A stretch of 47,194 nt of DNA from Octopus sinensis (GCF_006345805.1 NW_021834941.1:1-47194), one strand, 5' to 3'; counted from the first letter of the stretch, positions 1 to 11,492 are shown. Notes: generated by a model from the letters alone, not told the origin. Numbers and translations are program-made.

Positions 1-49
1 CTCCCATTGTTTGTAGAATTACTTGAAAGTAAAGTGTATCGAGTATGGT

Positions 50-167
50 CGCCTCAAAAGAAGATCGGGCTTCAGCTACACAAGATCTCCTTGATTGTGT
101 CGAGGAAGACAAATTTTTTTGAAAACTGTCATAGAAGACGAGTCTATGGCTACGACTCCGAAACCAA
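50..167 (+). pseudogene. Mariner transposase remnant (region around the first catalytic Asp)
   Basis: caagatctccttgattgtgtcgag...ttttttgaaaact matches the mariner at ~12370-12410 (minus). It translates to DLLDCVEE..FF / VYGYDSETK, a decayed form of the mariner TGDExWVYGYDPETK motif. Confidence 0.7.
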
Positions 168-410
168 GGAGGGGCAGAAGTGGGTAGGGGCTGTGCTCTT
201 GGTGCAGGTGACTCTGGCTTTCCGCATCTGGCATTTCTGTTCTGCTGACTGAATCCGTCTCTCCTCGGCTGTCTTTGCTCCTGTGGTGATTGCGCTGCGC
301 CAGGATGAGCGGTCGGCAGCAAGTGTCTCCCAAGTCTCTGTGCCGATGGAGAAGTCTTTGAGAGAGACCTTTGAGAGAGACCTTGAAGCGCTTCTTCTGC
401 CCTCCGACTT
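168..410 (-). mobile_element. RTE-clade (BovB-like) LINE, ORF C-terminal fragment
   Basis: ORF 150..437(-) reads VSLKDFSIGTETWETLAADRSSWRSAITTGAKTAEERRIQSAEQK..RKAR..THFCP, the typical RTE C-terminus (W..LA.DR..WR) leading into the C2H2-like motif, truncated after the first Cys. Confidence 0.85.
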
Positions 411-413
411 TGC

Positions 414-596
414 GTAAGTAGCTTGCTTACCAACCACATGGTTCCGGGTTCAGTCCCACTGCGTGGCACCTTGGGCAAGTGTCTTCTACTATAGCCTCGG
501 GCCGACCGAAGCCTTGTGGGTGGATTTGGATTTGGTAGACGGAAACTGAAAGAAGCCCGTCGTATATATGTATGTATATATATATATATATATTAT

Positions 597-650
<54 letters not shown>

Positions 651-828
651 GTGTTGTGAATGTTTGCTGGTGTGTTTACGTCGCCGTAACTTAGCGGTTC
701 GGCAAAAGAGACCGATAGAATAAGTACTAGGCTTACAAAGAATAAGTCCTGGGGTCGATTTGCTCGACTAAAGGCGGTGCTCCAGCATGGCCACAGTCAA
801 ATGACTGAAACCAGTAAAAGAGTAAAAG
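414..828 (+). mobile_element. SINE family A (tRNA-derived, CORE-like segment), 5'-clipped, with internal (TA)n
   Basis: B-box ggttcagtccc, CORE-like accttgggcaagtgtctt, tail cagtcaaatgactgaaaccagtaaaagagtaaaag; about 14 copies in the window. Confidence 0.9.
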
Positions 829-1639
829 TATATATATATATATAAATATGTACGTATATATATATATATATGCAAGCATGCAGAAACATACATACGTACG
901 TACATACATACATACATACATACATACATACATACATACTGTTACACAACCATAGTGTACTACATAGACGATTACAGTTTCATGAAAACAGCCTCTTCTA
1001 ATGAAAGCTTTCAGTCAAGACCTGTTTATGATGAGAAGCTATCATTAAATCGGAAAAATATGTCATGAGTTGAGATTTAAAAGCTAAGAAACAATGGCTG
1101 TATTTATTTGTCAAGCTGTCTGAGCAGACTTTTACCGAAAGCTTTACCGAAGTCGACCCGTTATTACTTGTATGAAGGAGTCGCAAAGATGGCGGCATAG
1201 AAGAAGCTTAAGAGAGTTTTAACGAAAAGCTGATTAGAATCTTTGATTAACTAGAATTAAATTCTTCCATTGCTTGTAATTATTCCTCATGTATTCTTGA
1301 ATTATTGACTATTTGACTGTTGTTAGCCATTCAAAGGATGTAGCGGTGGTGGTGGTGATGGTGGGACGAGTTTTTAAACAGTGATGCTATCGATAGCGGC
1401 GGCGACGGCGGCGATGACGACGATGGCGGTGATGATGATATTAGTTGTGTTGTTGGTGGCGTTGGTGTTGGTAGAGACGGTAGATTTTGATGGCTGCGGT
1501 AGTGGAAAGGAAGAGCGAAAAGACAATTCTCATTAATCGCATAGTTTCCAGTCTTAAGTAGCAGTAATTGGAAACGAATTTAGAAATAAGCCGTAAGCAT
1601 TATTTTCTGCTTTCTTTTTATCGTTACCTTATGGCTTTT

Positions 1640-1654
1640 TACTTTAGTCTATTA

Positions 1655-1717
<63 letters not shown>

Positions 1718-1957
1718 CATTATTACAATTATTATTATTATTACAATTATTATTATTATTATTATTGTTATTATTATTATTATTATTAATATTATTATTA
1801 TTATTATTGTTATTATTTCTATTACTATTTTTATTGTTGTCGTTGTTGTTATTATCATCATTGTTATTATTATTATTTTTATTATTATTATTATTATTAT
1901 TTCTATTACTCTTATTATTATTGCCGTTGTTGTTATTATCATCATTGTTATTATCAT

Positions 1958-2016
<59 letters not shown>

Positions 2017-2455
2017 TTATTATTATTATTGTCGTTGTTGTTTTTATTATCATCATTGCTATTGTTATCATTATTATTACATTTATTATCATCATTGTTA
2101 TTCTTATTATTATTGTTGTTGTTGTTGTTATTGTAATTATTATTAATATTTTAGCATCGCCAACATCGTCGTCCTCATCAACATAATCACTACCATTAAT
2201 AATAATTATTTTTGCATTATTGTTGATCTTGATATTGTTGTGGCTGATGTTGCTCTTGTGTTTGTCGCTGCTTCTGATGATGATGATGATGATGTTGTTG
2301 TTGTTGTTGTTGTTGTTTTCCGTTTTATTGTTTGTTTCGTTGATGCTCTTCTTATATCATTTATTAATTCTGTTGATGTTGCTGTTACCACTGCCGTACT
2401 TCTTTTCACTCTTCTCGCTGTCACCGTCGTTGTTGTAGCTGCTGTTGTTCTTGAA

Positions 2456-2519
<64 letters not shown>

Positions 2520-2960
2520 ATGACGATGATGATGATGACGACGACGATGATGATGATGACGACGGTGATGACGGTCATGAAGATAACGACAACGACGACG
2601 ACGACGATGATGACGACGACAACGGTGATGATGACGATGATGATGATGATGACGGGGATGACAGTGATGTAGATGATGATGACGATGATGACGGTGATGA
2701 GGAGGAAGATGATGACGACGACAGCGGCGACGACAACGACGACAATGACGATGATGACGTTGATTATGATGGTGGTGGTGGTGGTGGTGATGATGATTTC
2801 GTGAACATCATTGTCGTTGCCATGAAGAGTGATGGTTGTGGAGGTAGAGAGGATGGAGTAGTGGTGATGTGGCGGTGGTGGTGGCTGTGACAGTGGTGGT
2901 GATGCTGCTGCTGCTGTGGTGGTGAAAGTGGTGGTTGTAGTAATAGTGGTAATGGTGGTT
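1640..2960. repeat. Compound trinucleotide mosaic (ATT/GTT/ACT, then GAT/GAC/GGT)
   Basis: Direct reading; source of the poly-L/I/Y/D ORFs. Confidence 0.95.
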
Positions 2961-3129
2961 GACGAGGTCTGAGGTCTGAGGTATTAACCGAGATGCAGAC
3001 TTAATAATGCGCAATGATTCACCTTAAACGTAACACCCGTCCACTCGATTTCATTCCGGCGAACCACATTACCGATTCCACTGATGTACGTAGAAGTTCA
3101 CATGCACACGACTTAACGCTTATTGAAGC

Positions 3130-3229
3130 AGACACACACACACACACAGACGGAAACACACACACATGCACATAAGCACACAAGCGCAAACACATACACA
3201 AATGCACACTCATAAACACATTCGCTCAA

Positions 3230-3289
<60 letters not shown>

Positions 3290-3357
3290 ACGCAGACGCA
3301 TGCACACATACACGTGCACGGGCATACATACTCATATAGTAAAATATGCATACAGAC

Positions 3358-3393
<36 letters not shown>

Positions 3394-3394
3394 T

Positions 3395-3438
<44 letters not shown>

Positions 3439-3497
3439 TGCATGTATATATATTCACCTATATGTATATATACGCCTATACACACATATATACATAC

Positions 3498-3537
<40 letters not shown>

Positions 3538-3560
3538 ATACACACATATATATTGTTGTA
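3130..3560. repeat. (CA)n, (TA)n, (GATA)n and (TG)n microsatellite cluster
   Basis: Direct reading. Confidence 0.95.
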
Positions 3561-4134
3561 TCCTTTCATACATGCAAACATATTTACAAGCACATATATG
3601 CATATTTCAATGCATATGTGTGCTTGTATACATAGGAGAGCTTTTAGAAACGGCGAGGAACCCAACTACATACTGTCTAATCGTTAATCTTGATCCTTTA
3701 AGATCAACAGAAACATGCACCAAGTAGATTTCACTCGAACCATACCTTGACAGCCACCCTTTTTACCATACTTAAACATAACATTGTTTTATTGCCATAG
3801 TCTTCGGGTAAGAACAGAGTCCACATAATCTCGTACCCTCTTCCATTCCCACTTTCTCTCTCTTAATAATATGCGCTTTTGGTTTAATTAGGAAACCGCT
3901 GTTTCACTGCAGAATGCGGCATCCTTGCGTATTCGCGTGATGATAGCAAAACTGCATCAATGAAAATAGACCGGGTGGAGGAGAGCCAATCATCTGTCTA
4001 CTTAATTCTCATTCCCATACATTTTCCTGAAACATATGTTAAAAACCTAATGTTTTTAATAATAATCTTTCTTCGTGTAATTCATTCGTATTGCACCGCT
4101 TGACTCTCTGGATTAATATAATCTAGTCTGCTCG

Positions 4135-4160
4135 ATTCATTGTTATTATTATTATTATTA

Positions 4161-4228
<68 letters not shown>

Positions 4229-4401
4229 GTTATTATTATTATAATAATTATTGTTGTTGTTGTTGCTAACATCATTATTATTATCGTCATCATCATCATC
4301 ATTATTGCTATTAACATTATGACTATTACCACCATCGTCATCATCATCATAATCATAATCATCACCAGCAGCCGCAGAAAAACAAGCATCAACACCACCA
4401 C

Positions 4402-4436
<35 letters not shown>

Positions 4437-4440
4437 ACAC

Positions 4441-4472
<32 letters not shown>

Positions 4473-4730
4473 CCATCATCACCACCACAACTATGATGAT
4501 GATCATCAACACCATCATCATCATCACCACCATCACCACCACCACCATAACCATCATCATCATCATCATCATGACCACCACTATCGCCATCATCTTCATC
4601 ACCATCATCATTAACACTATCATCATCATCACCATCATGATCATCATGATCATCACCATCATCACCACCACCACCACCACTACCACCACCACCACCACCA
4701 CCACCATCATCAACACTATCATCATTTTGA
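4135..4730. repeat. Compound trinucleotide array (ATT)n > (CAT)n > (CAC)n
   Basis: Direct reading. Confidence 0.95.
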
Positions 4731-4769
4731 TAATTCTCAGAGACTTACCAACAAAATCTAATAGATATG

Positions 4770-4974
4770 CACTCTTGTAGGCAGCAAATTTGGGAGGAAA
4801 GGGGTTAATCGATTACATCGACTCTAGTGCTCAACTGGTGCTTACTTTATCGACCTCGAAAAGATAAAAGACAAAGCCGACCTCAGTGGAGTTTGAACTC
4901 AGAACGTAAAGACAGAAGAAATACAGCTAAACATGTTGCCCGGCTTACTAACGACTCTGCCACTTCGCTGCCTT
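4770..4974 (-). mobile_element. SINE family B, diverged copy
   Basis: Reverse complement of the B head (ggcagcgaagtggcagagtcgttag), B-box gagttcaaactcc and core gtcggctttgtcttt. Confidence 0.8.
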
Positions 4975-5034
4975 AGCTTATGATAAAAGTAGTACATTGT
5001 ACCTTTGTTCCACTGTCAGATACTTTAGTACATT

Positions 5035-5436
5035 AGCGGCGAGCTGGCAGAAACGTTAGCATGCCGGGCGAGATGCTTAGCGGTATTTTGTCTGAGTTCA
5101 AATTCCACCGAGGTCGACTTTGCCTTTCATCCTTTCGGGGTCGATAAATTAAGTACCAGTTACGCACTGGTGTCGATGTAATCGACTTAATCCCTTTGTC
5201 TGTCCTTGTTTGTCTCCTCTGTGTTTAGCCCCTTGTGGGTAGTAAAGAAATAGGTATTTCGTCTGCGGCTACGATCTGAGTTCAAATTCCGCCGCGGTCG
5301 ACTTAGCCTTTCATCCTTTCGGGGTCGATTCAATAAGTACCAGTTACTTACTGGGATCGATGCAATCGACTTAATCCCTTGGTCTGTCCTTGTTTGTCCT
5401 CTCTATGTTTAGCCCCTTGTGGACAATAAAGAAATA
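5035..5436 (+). mobile_element. SINE family B head-to-tail dimer (tail type 1) with 17-bp TSD
   Basis: A-box gagctggcagaa, B-box gagttcaaattcc. The second unit restarts at 5253 (ggtatttcgtct). agatactttagtacatt occurs at 5018-5034 and 5437-5453. Confidence 0.92.
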
Positions 5437-5639
5437 AGATACTTTAGTACATTTTCTTTTATTATTTTATATTTTCGTAGCTTCTATATTGAATTTACCA
5501 CAGTTCCAAACATTTGAGTGTCAGGAGTATTAAAATGGAATTTTTCCGATATTTACCTTTAGACTAGGCTAATTATGTAGTAGATATATTAGATATCGGT
5601 TTCTGCTGTATAATGATACAATTCCTAGAGTTTAAATAT

Positions 5640-5800
5640 CATGCAGACACAAATTTCTAGATAGCAGAAGAGCCAAACAGATGTAGTAGAGAACCTTCTG
5701 AATGCAAATATCAAATATTCATCGACATAACAAGATTGGAATTTAGAAAAATGGAAACCAAATTCAATAACGTTGCAGAAAGAGTCTAATCAAACATACA
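5640..5800 (+). pseudogene. Possible very decayed Penelope-like GIY-YIG C-terminal remnant
   Basis: Only weak resemblance (CKYQIF...RLEFRKMETKF); no GIY or YIG motif is visible. Confidence 0.2.
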
Positions 5801-6144
5801 ATATGAATAGTATTCCTCATAAATGTTATGTCAACGAATAATTGATAAGTTCTCTTCTACTTCTCGTCTGCTTTTCTTCTATCAACAAAATTTTATCAAC
5901 ATGAGATTGAAATTCTAAGAAGTGTGTCACAATGATTGAGATGTCATAGACTTCGTTGGAAAAAAAAAAGAACAGAATAAAGAATAAAAAATGAAAATTA
6001 GGTATGTATAACATATATTCGAAAATACAATAATTCCTTTCGGGTAGTATAACCTTATAAAATGCACAAAAAGTTATCAAAATAAATAAAAGATACAATC
6101 ATTATCAAAAAAGATAAATAATGTGGTATCTTACTTACAAAATG

Positions 6145-6312
6145 ATTGTCTGGTTCTGTTTAACCCACGGCCATATTTAATTGAGTAGACAGCCGGCAAT
6201 GCGATGTTTATCTCGTTCTTCTCTCCGGCATTATGTAGCTAGAGCTTTTTATGACAGATATGTAATTTATCTACCTGAGATTTGGCTGCTATTTCTAGCA
6301 ACTCTAGTTACC
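6145..6312 (-). mobile_element. Dispersed SINE-like repeat F (core ctgctagaaatagcagccaaatct)
   Basis: gagatttggctgctatttctagc is the reverse complement of ctgctagaattagcagctaaatct at ~19100; a diverged third copy lies at ~23965-24115. Confidence 0.55.
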
Positions 6313-6459
6313 AAGTACAGGGTTAGCTTGAACGTCTGTTTCTCTTATTCATTCTGCAAATCTTTGCTACTAGCAAATGGATTATTTCGAATAAAATCTG
6401 TGTACACAAGATGGCTTAGATGAGGAAATTATCACATGCTTTAAATGGAAGACTTTAAA

Positions 6460-6579
6460 ATATATATATATATATATACGTGTGTATGAGCGCGCGTGTG
6501 TGTGTATGTGTGTGTTTGTGTGTGTATGTGTATATCTATGTGTCTATGTATGTGTGTGTTTATGAGTGTATATATGTAT

Positions 6580-6661
<82 letters not shown>

Positions 6662-6835
6662 AACATGTGTATATATCGCAGTAAAGTTTGTTCTCGCAGA
6701 ACATCTACGTTTAGGTGGTAACAACCATTACTTTTCAGTAGAGTTACTACTTGCATCTCGTATAGAGACTTTAGAACTAGCTACTACGCTTACTACATAT
6801 CTATATATATATATATATATATATACACACAATAC

Positions 6836-6929
<94 letters not shown>

Positions 6930-6939
6930 GAAGCCTGTC

Positions 6940-6982
<43 letters not shown>

Positions 6983-7015
6983 AATACATAGATACATACA
7001 TAAATACATACATAC
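6460..7015. repeat. (TA)n/(TG)n/(GA)n microsatellite cluster
   Basis: Direct reading. Confidence 0.95.
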
Positions 7016-7244
7016 AAAGAGAACACAAATGGCGTTTAAATCTAGGACAGTTGTTTCGGTAGAATTTCTATTGACGTATCCAGAGATTGCATCATAACAT
7101 ATAATCCACCATCTTCAGGTAAAATTTTGAACACTAAAATGTCAAACAGGCGAGATTTCATACATAGAAATTTTTTTTAAAGAATATCTACTTATCCAGC
7201 GACGTTGGATACGTCACGTTCGATGTATCTCGTCCATTTGACAA

Positions 7245-7398
7245 GTGTCTGAGTTCAAATTCTGCCGAGGTCGACTTTGTCTCTCGTTATTTTCGGGGAT
7301 CGATAAAATAAGTATCAGCTGAGTACTGAGGTCGATGTAACCGACTTACACCATCTTCCGAAATCGCAGGCCTTGTGCCAAAATACGAAACCAGTATC
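7245..7398 (+). mobile_element. SINE family B (tail type 2), 5'-truncated
   Basis: ctgagttcaaattctgccgaggtcgactttg...ggccttgtgccaaaat. Confidence 0.85.
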
Positions 7399-7603
7399 CT
7401 TTTCTAATCTAGGCACAAGGCCCGAAACTTTGGAGGAGGGGGCCAGTCGACTCCTGTACCCAACTGGTACTTAATTTATCGACCCCGAAAGGATGAAAGA
7501 TAAAGTTTACCCCAGCGGAATTTGAACTCGGAACGTAAAGACTGACGAAATACCTCTAAGCATTTCGCCCGGCGTGCTAACGTTTCTACCAACTCACCGC
7601 CTT
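7399..7603 (-). mobile_element. SINE family B (tail type 2) inserted in the tail of the preceding copy, 17-bp TSD
   Basis: Flanked by aatacgaaacca[g/a]tatc at 7382-7398 and 7604-7620. Confidence 0.88.
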
Positions 7604-7628
7604 AATACGAAACCAATATCATTATGGT

Positions 7629-7800
7629 GAGGCAGTCGGTGAGCTGGCAGAATTCGTAGCACGCCGGGCAAAAATGCTTAGCGACGTTTCGTCAGTTTTT
7701 ACATTCTGAGTTCAAATTCCACCGATGTCGAATTTGCCTTTCATCTTTTCGAGTTCGATAAAAATGTGTACCAGTTGTGCTAAACTTTGGAACCAATATT
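7629..7800 (+). mobile_element. SINE family B
   Basis: gagctggcagaattcgtagcacgccggg...ctgagttcaaattcc...gatgtcgaatttgcctttcatc. Confidence 0.85.
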
Positions 7801-7880
7801 ATTATGATATTATATTGAGGAAATTGCTATTGTAAGCAGAAATAGTTATTATGGTTGTGACAATAATAATGTTAGTGAGA

Positions 7881-8536
7881 GTAAAGACCGCCTTCGGTCA
7901 TGAATGACCATGGGATTGCACCTAGAAAGTTTCCCTCCGAGGCAAGGTTCTTTATGGAAGACCAGCAGTCGCCCATGCATACCAACATCCCCGCTCCATG
8001 CTACCGATGTTACTCTTTTACTTGTTTCAGTCATTTGACTGCGGCCATGCTGGAGCACCACCTTTAGTCGAGCAAGTCGGACCCAGGACTTATTCTTTGT
8101 AAGCCTAGTACTTATTCTATCGGTGTCTTTCGCCGAAACGCTAAGTTACGGGGACGTAAACACACCAGCATCGGTTGTCAAGCGATGGTGGGTGGACAAA
8201 CACAGACACACAAACATATACAAGCATACGAGGCTATATTAGAAGACACTTGCTCAAGGTGCCATGCAGTGGGACTGAACCCGGAACTATGTGGTTGATA
8301 AGCAAGCTACTTACCACACAGCCACTCATGCGCCTATGTTATCGAAGAGAAAAGCAAAGGACTTTACAGCTTGGCACCAGTGACATCACAACTAATTTTT
8401 ACAGCTGAGTGAACTGGAGCAATGTGAAATAAAATGTCTTGCTCGCGAACACAACACACACAGCCTATTCCAGAAATCAAACTCACTACCTCATGACTGT
8501 GAGCCGGGCGCATTAACCATTGAGCCATGAGCCTTC
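7881..8536 (-). mobile_element. SINE family D (tRNA head, CORE-like), split by a family A insertion
   Basis: Minus-strand head tggctcaatggttaa / gagtttgatttc at ~8480-8530, then gcaagacattttatttcac; the body resumes at 8012 down to 7881. TSD atgtta at 8007-8012 and 8336-8341. Confidence 0.75.
8013..8335 (-). mobile_element. SINE family A, internally deleted, nested in family D
   Basis: Tail ctctttttacttgtttcagtc and head ccacacagccactcatgcgcc; lacks the gaaactgaaagaagcccg segment. Confidence 0.9.
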
Positions 8537-8619
8537 AGTGGAACGACCTGCACAAATGATTTGTTTATAGTAATCGAATATATATATATATATGCTGTAC
8601 ATTCGCTCGCTATCTTCAT

Positions 8620-8765
8620 CAAATCAACGTTGTCTGAACAGGTGTACGGTGTGCCACGCGTAAGGTATCGAAGTGACCTCAAAGCAACGTGAAACGAAGT
8701 ATTTTTGCTCAAGAACAAAACGCACCACTCGGTCTAGGAATTGAAACCACGATCGCTAGATGCGC
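8620..8765 (-). mobile_element. SINE related to family D (shared CORE-like segment)
   Basis: Minus strand ggtttcaattcc (B-box), then gttcttgagcaaaaatacttcgtttcacgttgct. Confidence 0.6.
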
Positions 8766-9006
8766 CTTCGTCTGGTATATTACTGTTAGCATTTTTTGTA
8801 ATGCTGGATGCATGAATGGAAAAATGTACCCCGGTGAGATTGGAACTCAAAACGCGAAAACGACGTAACCTTCAAATTATAAACCACTATGAGTTATTTC
8901 AGTCTGATTCTATACAACATCGCCTCTCTTTCTTTCTCTCTATCTGTCTCTCTCTACAATCTCTCTCTTTCTCGTTCTATAGTTACCTCTATATATCTCC
9001 CTCCTC

Positions 9007-9041
<35 letters not shown>

Positions 9042-9983
9042 CCACCTTCCAGCCTATTAATATTGATTTGTTACAACAGGTAGAAGGATTCAAATGTATA
9101 TTATATTATATAGAAAATTAGCTGCTGTAATAATTTCCATGCTTTTCCGCGGCAACATTAATGGAGTAAAACGAAACAAAATGGCTGCGAGTGGGAATTG
9201 AAACAGATCAAGGACTCACGCCAAACGCTTACAACAAACTGCGTTAAAGATAAGATATCTTCTCAGACTTAATGGCAACTGTGTTATAATGAGATTAATG
9301 CCGGTGCTTATAGTTAATAGTCTACGATGATCAAGAAAGAATTGTCCGCAGACTTAATAAATAGAAACTGCATTATTATTATTAATAGAAACGTTCTTAG
9401 AATTAAATAGTCCTCTGTGTTTACAGATAAAAATCTTCCCCCATGATTTTAAATATTATATAGGACAATTGAGAGATCTAAACATTTTCCGAAATTACAT
9501 TTCAAGGAAAAATGTATGTGTGTGATTTTGTTTGTGTGTGTATGTGTGTGTGTTTGTGTGTGTGTACGTGTATGTGTGTTTGCGTGAGCGAATTTATCGT
9601 TATCACTTGGGATTTTAATTTGCCATCGTTATCATCATCATCATCGTCGGCGTCGTCACGTCCTCGTCGTTATCGTCGTCCTCCACGCCGTCGTCGTCAT
9701 CATCATCATCATCATCATCACTATCACCATCATTATCATCAGTACTTCAGCGCTGTCATTATCGCCATCGTTACCACAGTCACCACCACTTACAACACCA
9801 CTACCACCACTTATAACCACAACATAACTACCACAAGTATAATCATGCTTGCTATCAGCTATGTAGTCGCCAACTCTAATAGAAAAAAAAACCAGCTAAA
9901 TATCTAACATTTTACACTCCAGTTCAATATTTAAGAGATGAGGAATTATTTACACTATTTACATTTGACGGATACTTAGTACC

Positions 9984-10207
9984 TATTTTTTACTAACTAC
10001 AAGGAGCTAAACACAGAGGGGACAAACAAGGACAGACAAACGAATTAAGTCGACTACATCGACCCCAGTGCATAACTGGTACTTAATTTATCGACCCCGA
10101 AAGGATGAAAGGCAAAGTCGACCTCGGCGGAATTTGAACTCAGAACGTAACGGCAGACGAAATACGGCTACGCATTTCGCCCGCGGGCTAACGATTCTGC
10201 CAGCTAT
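9984..10207 (-). mobile_element. SINE family B (tail type 1), 8-bp TSD
   Basis: Near-consensus copy; ttagtacc at 9976-9983 and 10208-10215. Confidence 0.88.
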
Positions 10208-10575
10208 TTAGTACCAGTTGCAGACTGGGTCGATCTAATGGACTGGCCCCCTCCCACAAAATTTCGGGCCTTGTGCCTAGAGTAGAAAAGAGTAATTTTA
10301 GCTTGAAAGGCGGCGAGTTGGCAGAAACGTTAGCACGCCGGGTGAAATGCTTAGGGGTATTTCGTCTGTCTTTACGTTCTGAGTTCAAATTTCACTGAGG
10401 TCGACTTTGCCTTTCACCCTTTCGAGGTCGATAAATTAAGTACTGAAAATCGAGATCGAGCGAGCTGTTGCCATTTTGCTCGACGTGTCGTTTCCGTACG
10501 GGGGTCGATCTAATCGACTGCCCCCCCCCCCTCTCCAAAAATTCTAGCCTTGAGCCTAGAGTAGAAAAGAATATC
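10208..10575 (+). mobile_element. SINE family B (tail type 2): 3' half (10208-10290) plus full copy (10307-10575)
   Basis: gtaccagttgcagactgggtcgatc...ggccttgtgcctagagtagaaaag, then aaggcggcgagttggcagaaacg...gagcctagagtagaaaagaatat. Confidence 0.85.
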
Positions 10576-10603
10576 TACAAAATATTCGTTTGTATTTCAG
10601 AAA

Positions 10604-10641
10604 CAGCAGCAGCAAAAGCAGCAGCAGCAGCAGCAGTAGTC

Positions 10642-10696
<55 letters not shown>
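10604..10696. repeat. (GCA)n(GTA)n trinucleotide array
   Basis: Direct reading. Confidence 0.95.
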
Positions 10697-10857
10697 AAAA
10701 CGAAGATCGGTTTTCAATTTTGGCACAGAGCAGGCAAGTTTTGAGTGGAGGGGTAATCGATTACATCAACCTCAGTACTTGACTGGTATTTATTTTATTG
10801 TTGCCGGTGAAAGGCAAAGTCGATCGCGGCAGAATATGAACCCAGAACGTAAAGGCA

Positions 10858-10967
10858 AAAGAAAGCTTGCTTCCCAACCACATAATTCCGGGTCCAGTTC
10901 CGCTGCATGGCACATCTGACAGACATTGTGAGTGGATTTAGTAGACGGAAACAGAAATACGTTTGTA

Positions 10968-11000
<33 letters not shown>

Positions 11001-11492
11001 TGTGTGTGTGTGTGCTGTGTGTGTGCGTGCGCGCGCGCGTGTGTATGTCTCTCTACCCACCATCACTTAACAACCGGTGCTGGTGTGTTTATGTTTCTGT
11101 AGCCTAGCGATTCGGCAAAAGAGAACCGATAGAATAAGTACCAGGCTTAAAATATAAGTACTGGGGTCGTTTCACTCGACTATAAATTTCAAGGTGGTGC
11201 CCCAGCATGGCCGCAGCAGGTATCGCCAAGCTTTTCGCAAAATTTGATGCAGATTCTACGCCCAAACTTTTGTATTATGGTCAATGCGATGATTACACGC
11301 TACACACTTTCCTTCCAAGCACTGCTGTAAACAGCGGAAGTGAGCTAGAACGTTAAAACTTCGTACGCAAGAACAGCAGAGTTCAAGGTCAATCTGTGTC
11401 AAGTGACCTTCACTCTGCATGCTTTAGCTTCGTCACCGGGGCAACCGTCCGGATACTTGTTGATCAGACCACGTAAAAGAATAAAAGTATAT
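10858..11492 (+). mobile_element. SINE family A, internally deleted, tail interrupted by a mariner end
   Basis: agcttgcttcccaaccac...ccccagcatggccgcag, then the mariner piece, then taaaagaataaaag. Confidence 0.8.
11216..11473 (-). mobile_element. Mariner 5' end (TIR, leader, first codons of transposase)
   Basis: Reverse complement of 12085-12340; TIR cgtggtctgatcaacaagtatccggac bounded by TA at 11474-11475. Confidence 0.88.

Noticed and set aside
563-648. Single-base phase slips (tt or aa) inside many (TA)n arrays throughout the window
   Set aside because: Cannot be distinguished from consensus or assembly errors in low-complexity DNA without reads.
2240-2890. 216-aa ORF with a hydrophobic start and poly-Asp, resembling acidic biomineral proteins
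   Set aside because: It starts at GTG and lies wholly in a GAT/GTT microsatellite mosaic; overlapping frames give equally long poly-M/L/I ORFs; no splice or promoter support.
2994-3010. 13-mer gcagacttaataa shared with ~9348
   Set aside because: Matches of this length are expected by chance in a 47-kb AT-rich window.
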